Below, one piece after another: positions 1-9,064 of a DNA stretch of 64,000 nt (position 1 is the stretch's first letter; every line of letters starts with the position of its first letter). The notes under the pieces were generated by a model. It made no database searches and was not told the origin of the DNA. It worked only from the letters and a program-made list of their open reading frames with translations. The stretch lies in the NCBI GenBank assembly GCA_902492995.1, contig CABUNR010000003.1:3482-67481 (forward strand), read 5' to 3'. Both the position numbers and the translations under genes were made by a program. Source of the DNA: an uncultured Bacillota bacterium. GTDB lineage: Bacteria; Bacillota_I; Bacilli_A; RF39; UBA660.

Positions 1-849
1 ATAAAGATTTTTATTTTGATTTAAAAATCCAATATATAATATGTTTGATGTTATGTTTTTTAAAATACTACTTTGTGTAACGTCATATATGTAATATTGA
101 TTATCTATTTTAACAATATTCCATTCGTGACTATCACCTGTTAACCAAGAAGATTTTAAATTTCCAGACATTAATATAGAAGTAATTTTAATATTACTAA
201 ATATTAATTGTGAAGCTCTACTATAACCGCTACACACAGGTGATAATTCATCATTAAAAGCTGAATATGCAGACTGACTCATGCTATCTTTTACATTGCC
301 ATAATTATTCTTTTTTCCTAAATATTCATATACATATTTAGTTTTATCATAATCACTCATATTATTAGTTTTTATTTTTATTTTATCTATTTCCTTTTTT
401 ATATATTTTATATTTTTTAAATATTCATCTTTACTCATTACATATTCAATTTTTATATTAACAACAGAGGAGTTTTTTCCCTTACTAACTTTTGTATATC
501 CAAAATATATTATTTCAGGATGATCGGTTATAACAGCATTACTAATTTTTTTTATTTCATTAAAATATTCATAATCATATTCAAATTTATAATCACTTAA
601 ATCTATTTTAAAACTATTATTAAAATTTAATAAATTTTTAATAAAAATATCATATAAATTTTTTTCTTTTTTATTTAATTCTAATCTATAGTTTAATTCT
701 TTAGATTTATATAATTCATTTATATAATATTTTCCAGTATAATCCTTTTTTAATAAATTACTTATTTTATTATTTTTGTTATTTTTTATTAATTCAATTA
801 TAAAAAATATAATTAAAATAATAATTATAAATTTAAATATTTTTTTCAT
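1..849 (-). CDS. membrane-anchored transglutaminase-like cysteine-peptidase domain protein (partial; C-terminus runs off the left edge)
   Basis: My own translation of the minus strand from the ATG at 849 gives 283 open codons to position 1 (not in the ORF track). It starts MKKIFKFIIIILIIFFII (N-terminal TM segment). It contains a Cys-His-Asp type core, SPVCSGYSRASQLIF...GDSHEWNIVKIDNQYYIYDVT, typical of the transglutaminase-like superfamily. Confidence 0.6.
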   Translation of the reverse strand, partial: MKKIFKFIIIILIIFFIIELIKNNKNNKISNLLKKDYTGKYYINELYKSKELNYRLELNKKEKNLYDIFIKNLLNFNNSFKIDLSDYKFEYDYEYFNEIKKISNAVITDHPEIIYFGYTKVSKGKNSSVVNIKIEYVMSKDEYLKNIKYIKKEIDKIKIKTNNMSDYDKTKYVYEYLGKKNNYGNVKDSMSQSAYSAFNDELSPVCSGYSRASQLIFSNIKITSILMSGNLKSSWLTGDSHEWNIVKIDNQYYIYDVTQSSILKNITSNILYIGFLNQNKNLY

Positions 850-875
850 ATTAACACCAAATTAATTATATCATT

Positions 876-1388
876 TTATTTTCTTAAATAACCATTTTCA
901 AGATATTTTGTTTCATTAACTACTATAAATGCTTTTTTATCATAATTTTTAATGAATTTTTTTAAATGATTAAAATCATTTTTATCTATTTCTATAAAAA
1001 GCATAAATTTTTCTATTTTTTCATCATGACCCTTTACGTCTATAACTGATACAGCATAGCCATTATTTCTCAAATTATTTATTAAACTTGAATTACTAGT
1101 TATTACTTGTACACCAAAATTTCCTTTTATATATTTACTTGATAGGTATGCTCCAATATATGTACCAGTTGCGAACCCTAATGCATATGCTATAGCAACA
1201 AATAAACTTGTTTCATTTGTATTTAATGCTTCCCTTGCAATAACAAACCATACAAATACTTCAACAAATCCTATTAAGGATGCTAAAAATTTTCTATCTT
1301 TTACTGTTACTATTGTTCTTATAGTGCCTAATGATACATCTATAATTCTAACAAAAAATATCTTAGCACATAGTAAAAATAAACTCAT
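876..1388 (-). CDS. UPF0316 / DUF2179 family membrane protein
   Basis: The N-terminus IFFVRIIDVSLGTIRTIVTVKDRKFLASLIGFVEVFVW matches the conserved UPF0316 signature (RxxDVSxGTxR). There are three TM segments followed by a soluble C-terminal domain. Confidence 0.6.
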   Translation of the reverse strand: MSLFLLCAKIFFVRIIDVSLGTIRTIVTVKDRKFLASLIGFVEVFVWFVIAREALNTNETSLFVAIAYALGFATGTYIGAYLSSKYIKGNFGVQVITSNSSLINNLRNNGYAVSVIDVKGHDEKIEKFMLFIEIDKNDFNHLKKFIKNYDKKAFIVVNETKYLENGYLRK

Positions 1389-1484
1389 AATTCACCTTCT
1401 TTATCTAATATTATAATGATTTAAATATTCAATTATATACATTTACTTTTTTTTTAAATTTGCTATAATTAAGATGGTGATACT

Positions 1485-2450
1485 ATGAAAAAAAGAAAAT
1501 TAAAAAAGAATGTAAAAAAGTTTATTACTATTAGTTTAATTATTTTAGTAGTGTTAATATTAATTATTACGTCTATTATAAAAAAAATTAATTATATACA
1601 TAGTTATGATTATAAATTATTAAAAATAGGATATTCTAAAAATGAAATTACAGAAATTAAAAAATTAGATGATAATGATATAAATATATTACTTAATAAA
1701 AAGTATAATAAACTTATTGTTAAATTTATTAAACAAAAATATTTTATTTTTTCTAATTTAGATAGTTATTTGAAATTTTATCAAGAAAGTGATAATGATG
1801 ATTTATCTTATACTATTAGCATGGTAAATGTTAAAGCAAATTATGATTTTTATGATAAAAAGGTAGTAACTAAAACTAATATTAAAGATTCTAATTTGAT
1901 GCTTGTTAATAAATATAATTATTTAACTAAAGATTATGTTCCTACTGATTTAGTTGATGTTAAAAATTATTATGCTTACGGAGAAAATAAAATTAAAAAA
2001 GAAGTATATGATAGCTTTTTAAAAATGTGGAATGATGCTAAAGCGGAAAATTTAAATTTAATTATTACATCTGCTTATAGAGGATATGATTATCAAGAAA
2101 AATTATGGAATTCATATGCAAGTAATAGTGGTGAGGAATGGGCAGATAGCGTTGCTGCCAGAGCAGGTTTTTCTGAACATCAAACTGGGCTTACTTTAGA
2201 TATTGTAACATATGGAACTAAAATGAATAATTTTGAGGAAACTAATGAATTTAAATGGTTAAGTAAAAATGCTTATAAATATGGTTTTATCCTTAGATAT
2301 CCAAAAGGAAAAGAAAAAATAACAGGATATTCATATGAATCATGGCATTATAGATACGTTGGAGTTGATGCAGCTAAAAAAATATATAATGAAAATATTA
2401 CTTTTGATGAATATTATGCATATTATATAAATAATAAAAAGGAATCATGA
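1485..2450 (+). CDS. D-alanyl-D-alanine carboxypeptidase, VanY / peptidase M15B family, membrane anchored
   Basis: SAYRGYDYQEKLW...SEHQTGLTLDI...GFILRYPKGKEKITGYSYESWHYRYVG gives the H-x6-D and ExxH zinc-ligand pattern of M15B. There is an N-terminal K-rich stretch plus a TM. A hairpin terminator (aaaaggaatcatgattcctttt) overlaps the stop. Confidence 0.8.
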   Translation: MKKRKLKKNVKKFITISLIILVVLILIITSIIKKINYIHSYDYKLLKIGYSKNEITEIKKLDDNDINILLNKKYNKLIVKFIKQKYFIFSNLDSYLKFYQESDNDDLSYTISMVNVKANYDFYDKKVVTKTNIKDSNLMLVNKYNYLTKDYVPTDLVDVKNYYAYGENKIKKEVYDSFLKMWNDAKAENLNLIITSAYRGYDYQEKLWNSYASNSGEEWADSVAARAGFSEHQTGLTLDIVTYGTKMNNFEETNEFKWLSKNAYKYGFILRYPKGKEKITGYSYESWHYRYVGVDAAKKIYNENITFDEYYAYYINNKKES

Positions 2451-2467
2451 TTCCTTTTTATTATGAG

Positions 2468-2584
2468 ATATTAAAGGAGATATTACCTTGTCATAATACT
2501 TATTAGTTCACAGTAAAACTAAATCGGATACTATATGGTAGTCTGCTATAGATATATACGGTAATTATATATATCCTTTAATAT
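2468..2584. repeat. about 117-bp element bounded by imperfect inverted repeats (atattaaagga...ttacc / ggtaa...tcctttaatat)
   Basis: The 5' arm at 2468-2487 and the 3' arm at 2560-2584 are reverse complements (11 bp, an internal loop, then 5 bp). The element lies between two convergent genes. I recognise no RNA family. Confidence 0.35.
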
Positions 2585-2594
2585 TATCTGCATT

Positions 2595-3434
2595 TTAAAC
2601 TTTTTTATCACTAGTATTTTCTACCATATTATAATTATTAACATTAATTGCTATTCCAATAACAAGTATATAAGAAATTATATAAATCCACATCATTAAT
2701 ACAATAATATTGGATAAATTACCATAAAATCTATCATAATTTGCTATATTATTCGCATAATAAGAATATAAGGCTGTTACAATAATCCAACAAATTGTTG
2801 TGAATATTGCTCCCTTAGTTACACTTTTACTTTTTATTTTTTTATCAGGTGCTACTACATATATAAATTTTAATATTATATATATTATTATAAAAGCAAT
2901 TGGCCATTTTAAATATACAAATAAATTATATATTAAACATGGAGTATTGTTAAATATTTGAAAACTCAATATAAATTTTACAATCATATTTCCAAATGCT
3001 AGAACAAATAAAATAAAAACAAATAAGAACATTAATAGTATTGTTAAAAATAATGCTTTTATTCTACCTTTTATATAATTTTTATTTTTTATTCTATATA
3101 AAGTATTAGATGTTAATGTAATTGCATATGCTCCATTTGATACCAATATAAATCCTACTAAAAAATATAAAACCACCCCATTACTTCCATTTGATTCAAT
3201 AAATGGTTTTATTAAATCAGTTACAGCTGTTGGTATTATTTTAGCTAAAAAGTCTATTATATCTATATCAGATATTCCTAACATATTACAAATAATTGCT
3301 ATTAAAGTTATAAATGGTATTAATGAAAGAATTAAAAAAAATGATAAATGACCTGGTAATATTTTCATTTCTTCTTTATTTATAAGTTCAAATAATTCAT
3401 TTAAATATTCTTTTACTATTTTCATATATTTCAC
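2595..3434 (-). CDS. YihY/BrkB (virulence factor BrkB / ribonuclease BN-like) family membrane protein
   Basis: Polytopic membrane protein. The N-terminal LPGHLSFFLILSLIPFITLIAII is typical of the YihY family. Confidence 0.65.
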   Translation of the reverse strand: MKYMKIVKEYLNELFELINKEEMKILPGHLSFFLILSLIPFITLIAIICNMLGISDIDIIDFLAKIIPTAVTDLIKPFIESNGSNGVVLYFLVGFILVSNGAYAITLTSNTLYRIKNKNYIKGRIKALFLTILLMFLFVFILFVLAFGNMIVKFILSFQIFNNTPCLIYNLFVYLKWPIAFIIIYIILKFIYVVAPDKKIKSKSVTKGAIFTTICWIIVTALYSYYANNIANYDRFYGNLSNIIVLMMWIYIISYILVIGIAINVNNYNMVENTSDKKV

Positions 3435-3481
3435 CTAATATAATATTATACTAATTAAAAAAAAAAGTCAAAAATGACTTT

Positions 3482-5527
3482 TTAATTTTGAATTTCTTCT
3501 TTATTATTTTTCATATCAAGTGTTGCCTCGTTTATAGCATCATCTATTGTTTTTAATTCATCTGGTATCATGCTATATCCTATTGCTGCTCCAAATCCAT
3601 GTTTCAAATCTTTTAATTCTTTGTTAAGTTTTCTTATATATGTTACTACTTGTTTTTCATCATATTCTACCATATAAATTAAGAATTCATTACCATTTGT
3701 TCTCATTATTTCAGTATTTTCTATCTGCGTTTTAATAAGAATTGATGCGGCTTCTTTTATTATATTGTCCCCTTCTTCATGACCATAATTATCATTTATA
3801 TATGCAACATTATTTAAATCTACAACAATAATTGCTTGTGGATATACTTCACTGCTATCCCATTTTTCCATTGAATCATTCAAATAATTTCTATTTTTTA
3901 AGGATGTAAGCATATCAATATATTTTAATTTATCTTCTTTACTTATTGTTATTTTTTTCTTTTTTGGTTTTATTTTTTTTATTAATATTATTGTTGATAT
4001 AATAACTAATATTATAAAAATGCCAATAATTATAAGTGATAATTTATTATCCGTAATTTTTTCTATAAACATTTTATAATTTATATTATTTTCAAATTCT
4101 TTTATGTTTATATATGATAGATAGAAATCAAAATATTCATTAAATATTTTATTTGCTTCTATACTTCTTGAAATATACGTATATGATGAATTTAAATTAA
4201 AGATATAATTTATTTTATAATCTTTTAGAGAATTGTATAAATACATATCATAAGTATTTTTGTCAATAACTATAACATCATTTTCTTTTTTCTTTTTAAG
4301 TAAATCATTTATATTGTTATAAGATGTAACTTTTATTTTGTTATCTATTAATTCTTGTTCTATTTTACTATTTTTTATTGTTATTACATTCATATCTTTT
4401 AATGATGCAATAGAATTTATATTATATTTTTTTTCTATCTTTGATAATATTACAATTTTTTCATCATAAGTTGATATTGTTTCAAATATATCTAAATCAT
4501 ATTTATTAATATTAGATGCATTCATATAGAAATCAACTTGATTTTTATTAAAACTATTTACTAATTCATCATAATTTTTATATTCTTGATAACTTACTTC
4601 TATATCAGCTATTTTAGCAAATCCTTTAATAATTTCATAATTTATACCTACTAATCTGTCTCCTATTGATGAATCATATGGAGCATAATTTATATAGGCA
4701 TATTTATATCTTTTGCTTCTAAAATTAACTTTTTCTTGTTCATATATTTGTTTAAAACTAAAATAATTATCTGAAAAATTTTTATTATATGAATCATTAT
4801 AGTCTTCTTTATACCATTTTTTATAGTATTTTTCTATTATTTTATTTAATCTTTTTGAATTACCTAATTCTAATACAAAATACTTTTTCATTTCTGTTAT
4901 ATTATAACTTATATTAAAGTTTTCTTTTTCAACTATTTCTTTTAAATAAATTGTTTTTGGCAATATTATTGCATTTATATTGCTACTTGTACTATTCATA
5001 TCTGCTAATAGTTTTGTGCTATTATCATATGCTTTATATAATAAATTTTCATTTGATTTTAAATAATAACTAATTTTATCTAAATCAGTTGATAAAACTC
5101 CTACATTATATGAGCTTATATCATCTATATTATTGTATTTAATATTTTCTTTTGTTATTAATACATAGTTATCTTCATATATTTTTATATCATTTTGTTT
5201 TACTTCATCAACTATTTTAAATGCATAATTACTAGTAGGATTTTCTCCATATTCATATGAAAGCTTATTAAAATTAAGTTCTGTATTTTTTTCTAATGAG
5301 CTTATAAAGTCAAAGAATACTCCATTACCATCATAATTAAATACAGGTATATTGTTAACTACTGAAAGATCGATTACTTTGTTTTTATTTTTTTCTATCC
5401 ATTGTTTTTCAAGGATAGTTAATGTTGTATTTTTATCTTTTTTATTTAAATACGTGTATAAACCCGTTAATATAGAAAGTATAATTATTAATATTATACT
5501 TATTATTGCGATTTTCTTTTTTTTCAT
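3482..5527 (-). CDS. membrane sensor protein with a large extracytoplasmic domain and a C-terminal degenerate GGDEF domain
   Basis: Architecture is N-terminal TM, about 480 aa extracellular region, a second TM (LSLIIIGIFIILVIISTIILI), then a GGDEF-type domain DMLTSLKNRNYL...VDLNNVAYINDNYGHEEGDNIIK...RTNGNEFLIY. The signature reads NGNEF instead of GG(D/E)EF. Confidence 0.75.
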   Translation of the reverse strand: MKKKKIAIISIILIIILSILTGLYTYLNKKDKNTTLTILEKQWIEKNKNKVIDLSVVNNIPVFNYDGNGVFFDFISSLEKNTELNFNKLSYEYGENPTSNYAFKIVDEVKQNDIKIYEDNYVLITKENIKYNNIDDISSYNVGVLSTDLDKISYYLKSNENLLYKAYDNSTKLLADMNSTSSNINAIILPKTIYLKEIVEKENFNISYNITEMKKYFVLELGNSKRLNKIIEKYYKKWYKEDYNDSYNKNFSDNYFSFKQIYEQEKVNFRSKRYKYAYINYAPYDSSIGDRLVGINYEIIKGFAKIADIEVSYQEYKNYDELVNSFNKNQVDFYMNASNINKYDLDIFETISTYDEKIVILSKIEKKYNINSIASLKDMNVITIKNSKIEQELIDNKIKVTSYNNINDLLKKKKENDVIVIDKNTYDMYLYNSLKDYKINYIFNLNSSYTYISRSIEANKIFNEYFDFYLSYINIKEFENNINYKMFIEKITDNKLSLIIIGIFIILVIISTIILIKKIKPKKKKITISKEDKLKYIDMLTSLKNRNYLNDSMEKWDSSEVYPQAIIVVDLNNVAYINDNYGHEEGDNIIKEAASILIKTQIENTEIMRTNGNEFLIYMVEYDEKQVVTYIRKLNKELKDLKHGFGAAIGYSMIPDELKTIDDAINEATLDMKNNKEEIQN

Positions 5528-5542
5528 TTTTACTCCTCTTTA

Positions 5543-5986
5543 CTAATTATTCGACCATTTAATATCTTCACTAGATTTATGTAAATATCCTATTGATGGA
5601 TATCCATCTTTTTCTTTTTCATTAATTAAATAAAATTGTATATCATAATATTTTAATTCATCTTCATCAAATAATTCTAATTTTTCTTTACAGTAATCTT
5701 TCATATCATCAAGTGATGTATCTTCTTCTACTTTTATTATTATATTAATAAGTTTTCCTTTAATGTTTATTGAAACTGATTTTATTTTATCTCTTTTTTT
5801 AATTTCTTCTTCTAATTTATTAATTTCTTTCTTTGAAAAACTTACCTTCTCTATTCCTTTTAATCTATTACCATATTCATTTCCTGATGGAAAAAATGCT
5901 TTCATTAGAAATAATCCAACTATTAAAAATATTAAAATTATTGATATTGTAATAAAAATCCCCTTATTATTTTTTATAACATTCAT
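5543..5986 (-). CDS. hypothetical membrane-anchored protein
   Basis: Open frame with a single N-terminal TM (GIFITISIILIFLIVGLFLM). I recognise no motif. Confidence 0.45.
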   Translation of the reverse strand: MNVIKNNKGIFITISIILIFLIVGLFLMKAFFPSGNEYGNRLKGIEKVSFSKKEINKLEEEIKKRDKIKSVSINIKGKLINIIIKVEEDTSLDDMKDYCKEKLELFDEDELKYYDIQFYLINEKEKDGYPSIGYLHKSSEDIKWSNN

Positions 5987-6145
5987 AAATATTCTCCTTC
6001 TATATAATTATTATATTACATTTTTTTATTTTTTATATTATAGCATTATTCTTTAAATAATTAAATATATTTAATTAAAATAGTTACTATAAATAAGTAA
6101 TTTTTAAATTTTTTTAATTTTTATTTATTTTTTTTTATAAAGTTA

Positions 6146-6173
6146 TTGACATAATATATTTTTTTGGTATAAT
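6146..6173 (+). promoter_or_regulatory. sigma-A type promoter for tRNA-Gly (TTGACA, 16-nt spacer, TGgTATAAT extended -10)
   Basis: TTGACA at 6146-6151 and TGgTATAAT at 6165-6173. The tRNA 5' end lies 19 nt downstream of the -10. Confidence 0.6.
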
Positions 6174-6191
6174 TATAAATGTCTACTTGAC

Positions 6192-6265
6192 GCGGATGTA
6201 GTTTAATGGTAGAACCTCAGCCTTCCAAGCTGACTACGGGAGTTCGATTCTCCTCATCCGCTCCA
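6192..6265 (+). tRNA. tRNA-Gly (anticodon UCC), CCA encoded
   Basis: Hand-folded cloverleaf. Acceptor GCGGATG/CATCCGC, D stem GTTT/GAAC, anticodon stem TCAGC/GCTGA with loop CTTCCAA, T stem GGGAG/CTCCT with loop TTCGATT, then discriminator T and CCA. Confidence 0.95.
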
Positions 6266-6275
6266 TTTGAATTCA

Positions 6276-6309
6276 AAGTACGTCAGAAATGATGTACTTT
6301 TTATTTTTC
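6276..6309 (+). terminator. rho-independent terminator after tRNA-Gly
   Basis: Hairpin aaagtacgtc-agaaat-gatgtacttt (one G-U pair) followed by ttatttttc. Confidence 0.6.
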
Positions 6310-6347
6310 AAAGTGTTTTCTTTTGTAGAAAGGAGGCACTTTTTTCT

Positions 6348-6635
6348 ATGAAAATAAAATTATTACATGAATTAAATCCTAGTCAAAGAACATTAAAAAC
6401 AATTAGTTCTACTCATCCATATAAAATACAAATAACTAGTGGCAAAATTAATGTGCTTGAATCTACTAATATTGAAACTATTATTCCTATAAGATATTTA
6501 TTATTCTATAGAACTAAAATAATTGAATTTTATGAATATCCTGAAGACCTGGTTAAAGGAAATAATTTTATTAATCTTCAAACAAAACAAACATTTAATA
6601 AAAATGAATTAAAAACATATATATCAAATTATTAA
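6348..6635 (+). CDS. hypothetical protein (95 aa) upstream of the recombinase
   Basis: I trimmed the 6267 track ORF to the internal ATG at 6348, which is preceded by AAAGGAGG at 6330-6337. The longer version would overlap the tRNA terminator. I recognise no motif. Confidence 0.45.
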   Translation: MKIKLLHELNPSQRTLKTISSTHPYKIQITSGKINVLESTNIETIIPIRYLLFYRTKIIEFYEYPEDLVKGNNFINLQTKQTFNKNELKTYISNY

Positions 6636-6731
6636 AATTCATTCCCTAAATAAGGAATTGACTTTAATAAAATTGAAGTCTATTATAAAAAACTAATAAC
6701 AAGTCTTATTATTTAGAAAGTGAGGTTAAAT

Positions 6732-8495
6732 ATGAATAATAAAGTTGCTATATATGTAAGAGTATCAACTGATGAACAAAGAGATAACGGATATTCAATT
6801 GATTCACAACTTCGTATGTTAAAAGAATATGCTGATAAAAACAATTATAATATAGTTGGAATATATAATGATGCTGGATACTCTGGTAAAAACTTAATGC
6901 GACCTGAAATGCAAAGATTATTAAAAGATATTGAAGATGGTAAAATAGATATTCTTTTAGCTATTAAAACTGATAGATTAACAAGAGATGGTTATGATGG
7001 ATATTGGTTACTACATCAATGCGATAAATATAATGTAAAAATTGAATTAACACTTGAACCATTTGATATATCTACTGCTAATGGAGAAATGATGTTTGGA
7101 CTTAATTTAGCCTTTGGTCAAAGAGAAAGAAAGGAAATAAGTGCTAGAACTAAACGAGGACTAGAACAAATGGCTATTGAACATAAACACCCTAATAAAC
7201 CACCATATGGCTATACTAGAGATCCAATAACTAAACATTTAGAAATAGAGCCTATTGAGGCTGAAGTTGTTAAAGATATATTTAATATGTCAGTTGATGG
7301 AATACCTTATAGACAAATAGCTGATAAAATGAGAAATGAAAATAGATATTTAAAACGAGGTAAATGGTCTGATTCTAGAGTGTGTAAAATACTAGATAAC
7401 GAAATATATATTGGAACTTTTAGATTTGGTAAATATAATCGTAAAAAGAAAGAACAATTAGTAATTGAGAATTATTGTGAACCAATTATTAGTAAAGAAA
7501 TATGGAATAAATCTAGAAAGCAAATAAAAAGAAATTGTCACGAAAACTATGGAAAACATACTCATATATTTTCTAATTTAGTAATATGCCCTCATTGTGG
7601 AAATACATTAAGTTCAACTTTTTCTCATAAGAAAACTAAAGATGGTTATCAAGACTATTATTTTCTAGTTTGTAAAAACAAAAAATGTGTTGGTAAAGGA
7701 TTACATTATAGTTGTGATAGATTAGAAAGAACTTTATCCAAATTATTAAATGAATTAATAATCTATATGACTGAAAACCCAGAGAATATTATTAAACCTA
7801 AAATTGATACTAATAAAGATTTTGAGAATATAGAAAAAGCAATTCAAAAATTAAAACAGCAAGAAGAAAAATTAGTTGAACTTTATTTATCAAGTAGTTT
7901 AGACGTAGAAACTATTAATCGTAAAAATGAAATGATTAAAAATGAAATTACTGAACTTGAAACAAAGAAAAAAGAATTAAACTATGAAGAACCGCTAGAC
8001 ATCAAAATAGAATTAATCGATTCTTTTAATAATACTAATTTAAACAATTATTTAATGAATAAAGAATTACCTATTTATCAAAAATGGTTAAAGTTAGATC
8101 CTGAAACTAAAAAATTAATATTACATAAATTTATTAGACAAATAGAAATAAGTCGAGATGAAGATTATTTTATAGATATAACAAACATTAAATTTGAGAA
8201 ACAATATTTTAATAAAAATGCAGATGAATTCTTAAATGATTTAATGTTATCATTAAGAGAAGATTATAAAGGATTTGAATATAAACAAATTAGAGATATG
8301 GATACATTACTAACTTTATATGAAAATTATAATTCAATTAGTGTAGAAGATTATTTAAATAATAATCATAATATTCATGATGACTTTAAAGAACAAATAA
8401 ATAATCTAGTATCTAATCAAGGTGTATTAGTAGGAGCAATTATACTAGATAATAAGTTTGTTGATGAAGTCTTGTTTATCCCAAAAATGCCATAA
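6732..8495 (+). CDS. large serine recombinase (resolvase/invertase N-domain, recombinase domain, zinc ribbon, coiled coil)
   Basis: VAIYVRVSTDEQ (catalytic Ser motif), LLAIKTDRLTRD, the zinc ribbon CPHCGNTL...C..KKC, and a coiled-coil region KLKQQEEKLVELY. The ATG at 6732 is preferred over the GTG at 6720 because AGTGAGG lies just upstream. Confidence 0.9.
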   Translation: MNNKVAIYVRVSTDEQRDNGYSIDSQLRMLKEYADKNNYNIVGIYNDAGYSGKNLMRPEMQRLLKDIEDGKIDILLAIKTDRLTRDGYDGYWLLHQCDKYNVKIELTLEPFDISTANGEMMFGLNLAFGQRERKEISARTKRGLEQMAIEHKHPNKPPYGYTRDPITKHLEIEPIEAEVVKDIFNMSVDGIPYRQIADKMRNENRYLKRGKWSDSRVCKILDNEIYIGTFRFGKYNRKKKEQLVIENYCEPIISKEIWNKSRKQIKRNCHENYGKHTHIFSNLVICPHCGNTLSSTFSHKKTKDGYQDYYFLVCKNKKCVGKGLHYSCDRLERTLSKLLNELIIYMTENPENIIKPKIDTNKDFENIEKAIQKLKQQEEKLVELYLSSSLDVETINRKNEMIKNEITELETKKKELNYEEPLDIKIELIDSFNNTNLNNYLMNKELPIYQKWLKLDPETKKLILHKFIRQIEISRDEDYFIDITNIKFEKQYFNKNADEFLNDLMLSLREDYKGFEYKQIRDMDTLLTLYENYNSISVEDYLNNNHNIHDDFKEQINNLVSNQGVLVGAIILDNKFVDEVLFIPKMP

Positions 8496-8513
8496 TTATT
8501 ATGGTATTTTTTT
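8490..8513 (+). terminator. rho-independent terminator of the recombinase gene
   Basis: Palindrome ccataat-t-attatgg overlaps the stop codon and is followed by tattttttt. Confidence 0.6.
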
Positions 8514-8528
8514 ATCAGGATAAGAAGA

Positions 8529-8582
8529 TGGTACCACAACATACATTTTACCTATATAAAATATATGTTTCCAGTGGTACCA
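8529..8582 (+). repeat. 54-bp imperfect inverted repeat with GGTACCAC arms (candidate recombinase att site, or a T-box-like terminator remnant)
   Basis: Arms tggtaccac+aacata (8529-8543) and tatgtt...gtggtacca (8564-8582), followed by aacttatttt. The 5' arm agatggtaccac resembles the T-box core GGUGGUACC. Confidence 0.35.
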
Positions 8583-8711
8583 AACTTATTTTGCACTTGC
8601 AAAATTAATCCCAAAGTAAATTTGTGACGTTTCTTTTACTTTATAAATACAAGGGATATGTATATCCCAAATTGATAAAAATAATAAAAATAGTGGGATG
8701 TATTGTTACAA

Positions 8712-8735
8712 ATAAAAAGTTGGATTTCCCAACTT
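8712..8735 (-). terminator. terminator after the 101-aa gene
   Basis: Stem aagttgg-atttc-ccaactt overlaps the stop. A T-run (tttttatt) follows on the minus strand. Confidence 0.5.
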
Positions 8736-9039
8736 AATTTTTAATTAAATCACTATAATATATTATTTCTTTTCCAAGTTTTGTGGCATACTTTATTTCT
8801 AAACTTGTACTTTCTCCAATGTAATTATTTACATTCATTACGAGTATAATATCAGATAACTCTATTCTCTTATAATGTTCTTCCTTTAATTTTTTTAATT
8901 GATTATCAGTTATATTTAAATTATTAGATACAGGGTAAGTAGGTGTTAAAACACAATTACCATCTAATGCCATTTTTTCAGCCATTTCCATCATTTCTTT
9001 TTGAAATTTTAAACTTCCACATATTGTTATTATCTTCAT
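8734..9039 (-). CDS. nucleoside 2-deoxyribosyltransferase-like (Rossmann-like, DUF4406/Nuc_deoxyri_tr2-type) small protein
   Basis: MKIITICGSLKF at the N-terminus and IGESTSLEIKYATKLGKEIIY near the C-terminus resemble the GSxxF ... (S/T)xxE(I/L)G(Y/A)A pattern of this superfamily. The start was moved to the 4th Met, 6 nt after GAGGTG. Confidence 0.45.
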   Translation of the reverse strand: MKIITICGSLKFQKEMMEMAEKMALDGNCVLTPTYPVSNNLNITDNQLKKLKEEHYKRIELSDIILVMNVNNYIGESTSLEIKYATKLGKEIIYYSDLIKN

Positions 9040-9064
9040 TATCATCACCTCATTAAAAACTATG

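Noticed and set aside
1461-1469. TGcTATAAT extended -10-like sequence upstream of the VanY gene
   Set aside because: It ends only 15 nt before the ATG at 1485. A transcript starting there would lack the GATGGTGA ribosome-binding region, so it is probably not the functional promoter.
5352-6056. Track ORFs 5352-5546 (+) and 5763-6056 (+)
   Set aside because: They lie antisense to well-supported minus-strand genes. Their translations are low-complexity F/I/L/S strings typical of shadow frames in AT-rich DNA, and no RBS is visible.
6267-6347. The N-terminal 27 codons of track ORF 6267-6635
   Set aside because: They would start 2 nt after the tRNA-Gly CCA end and read through the tRNA terminator hairpin. 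The internal ATG at 6348 has a consensus AAAGGAGG RBS.
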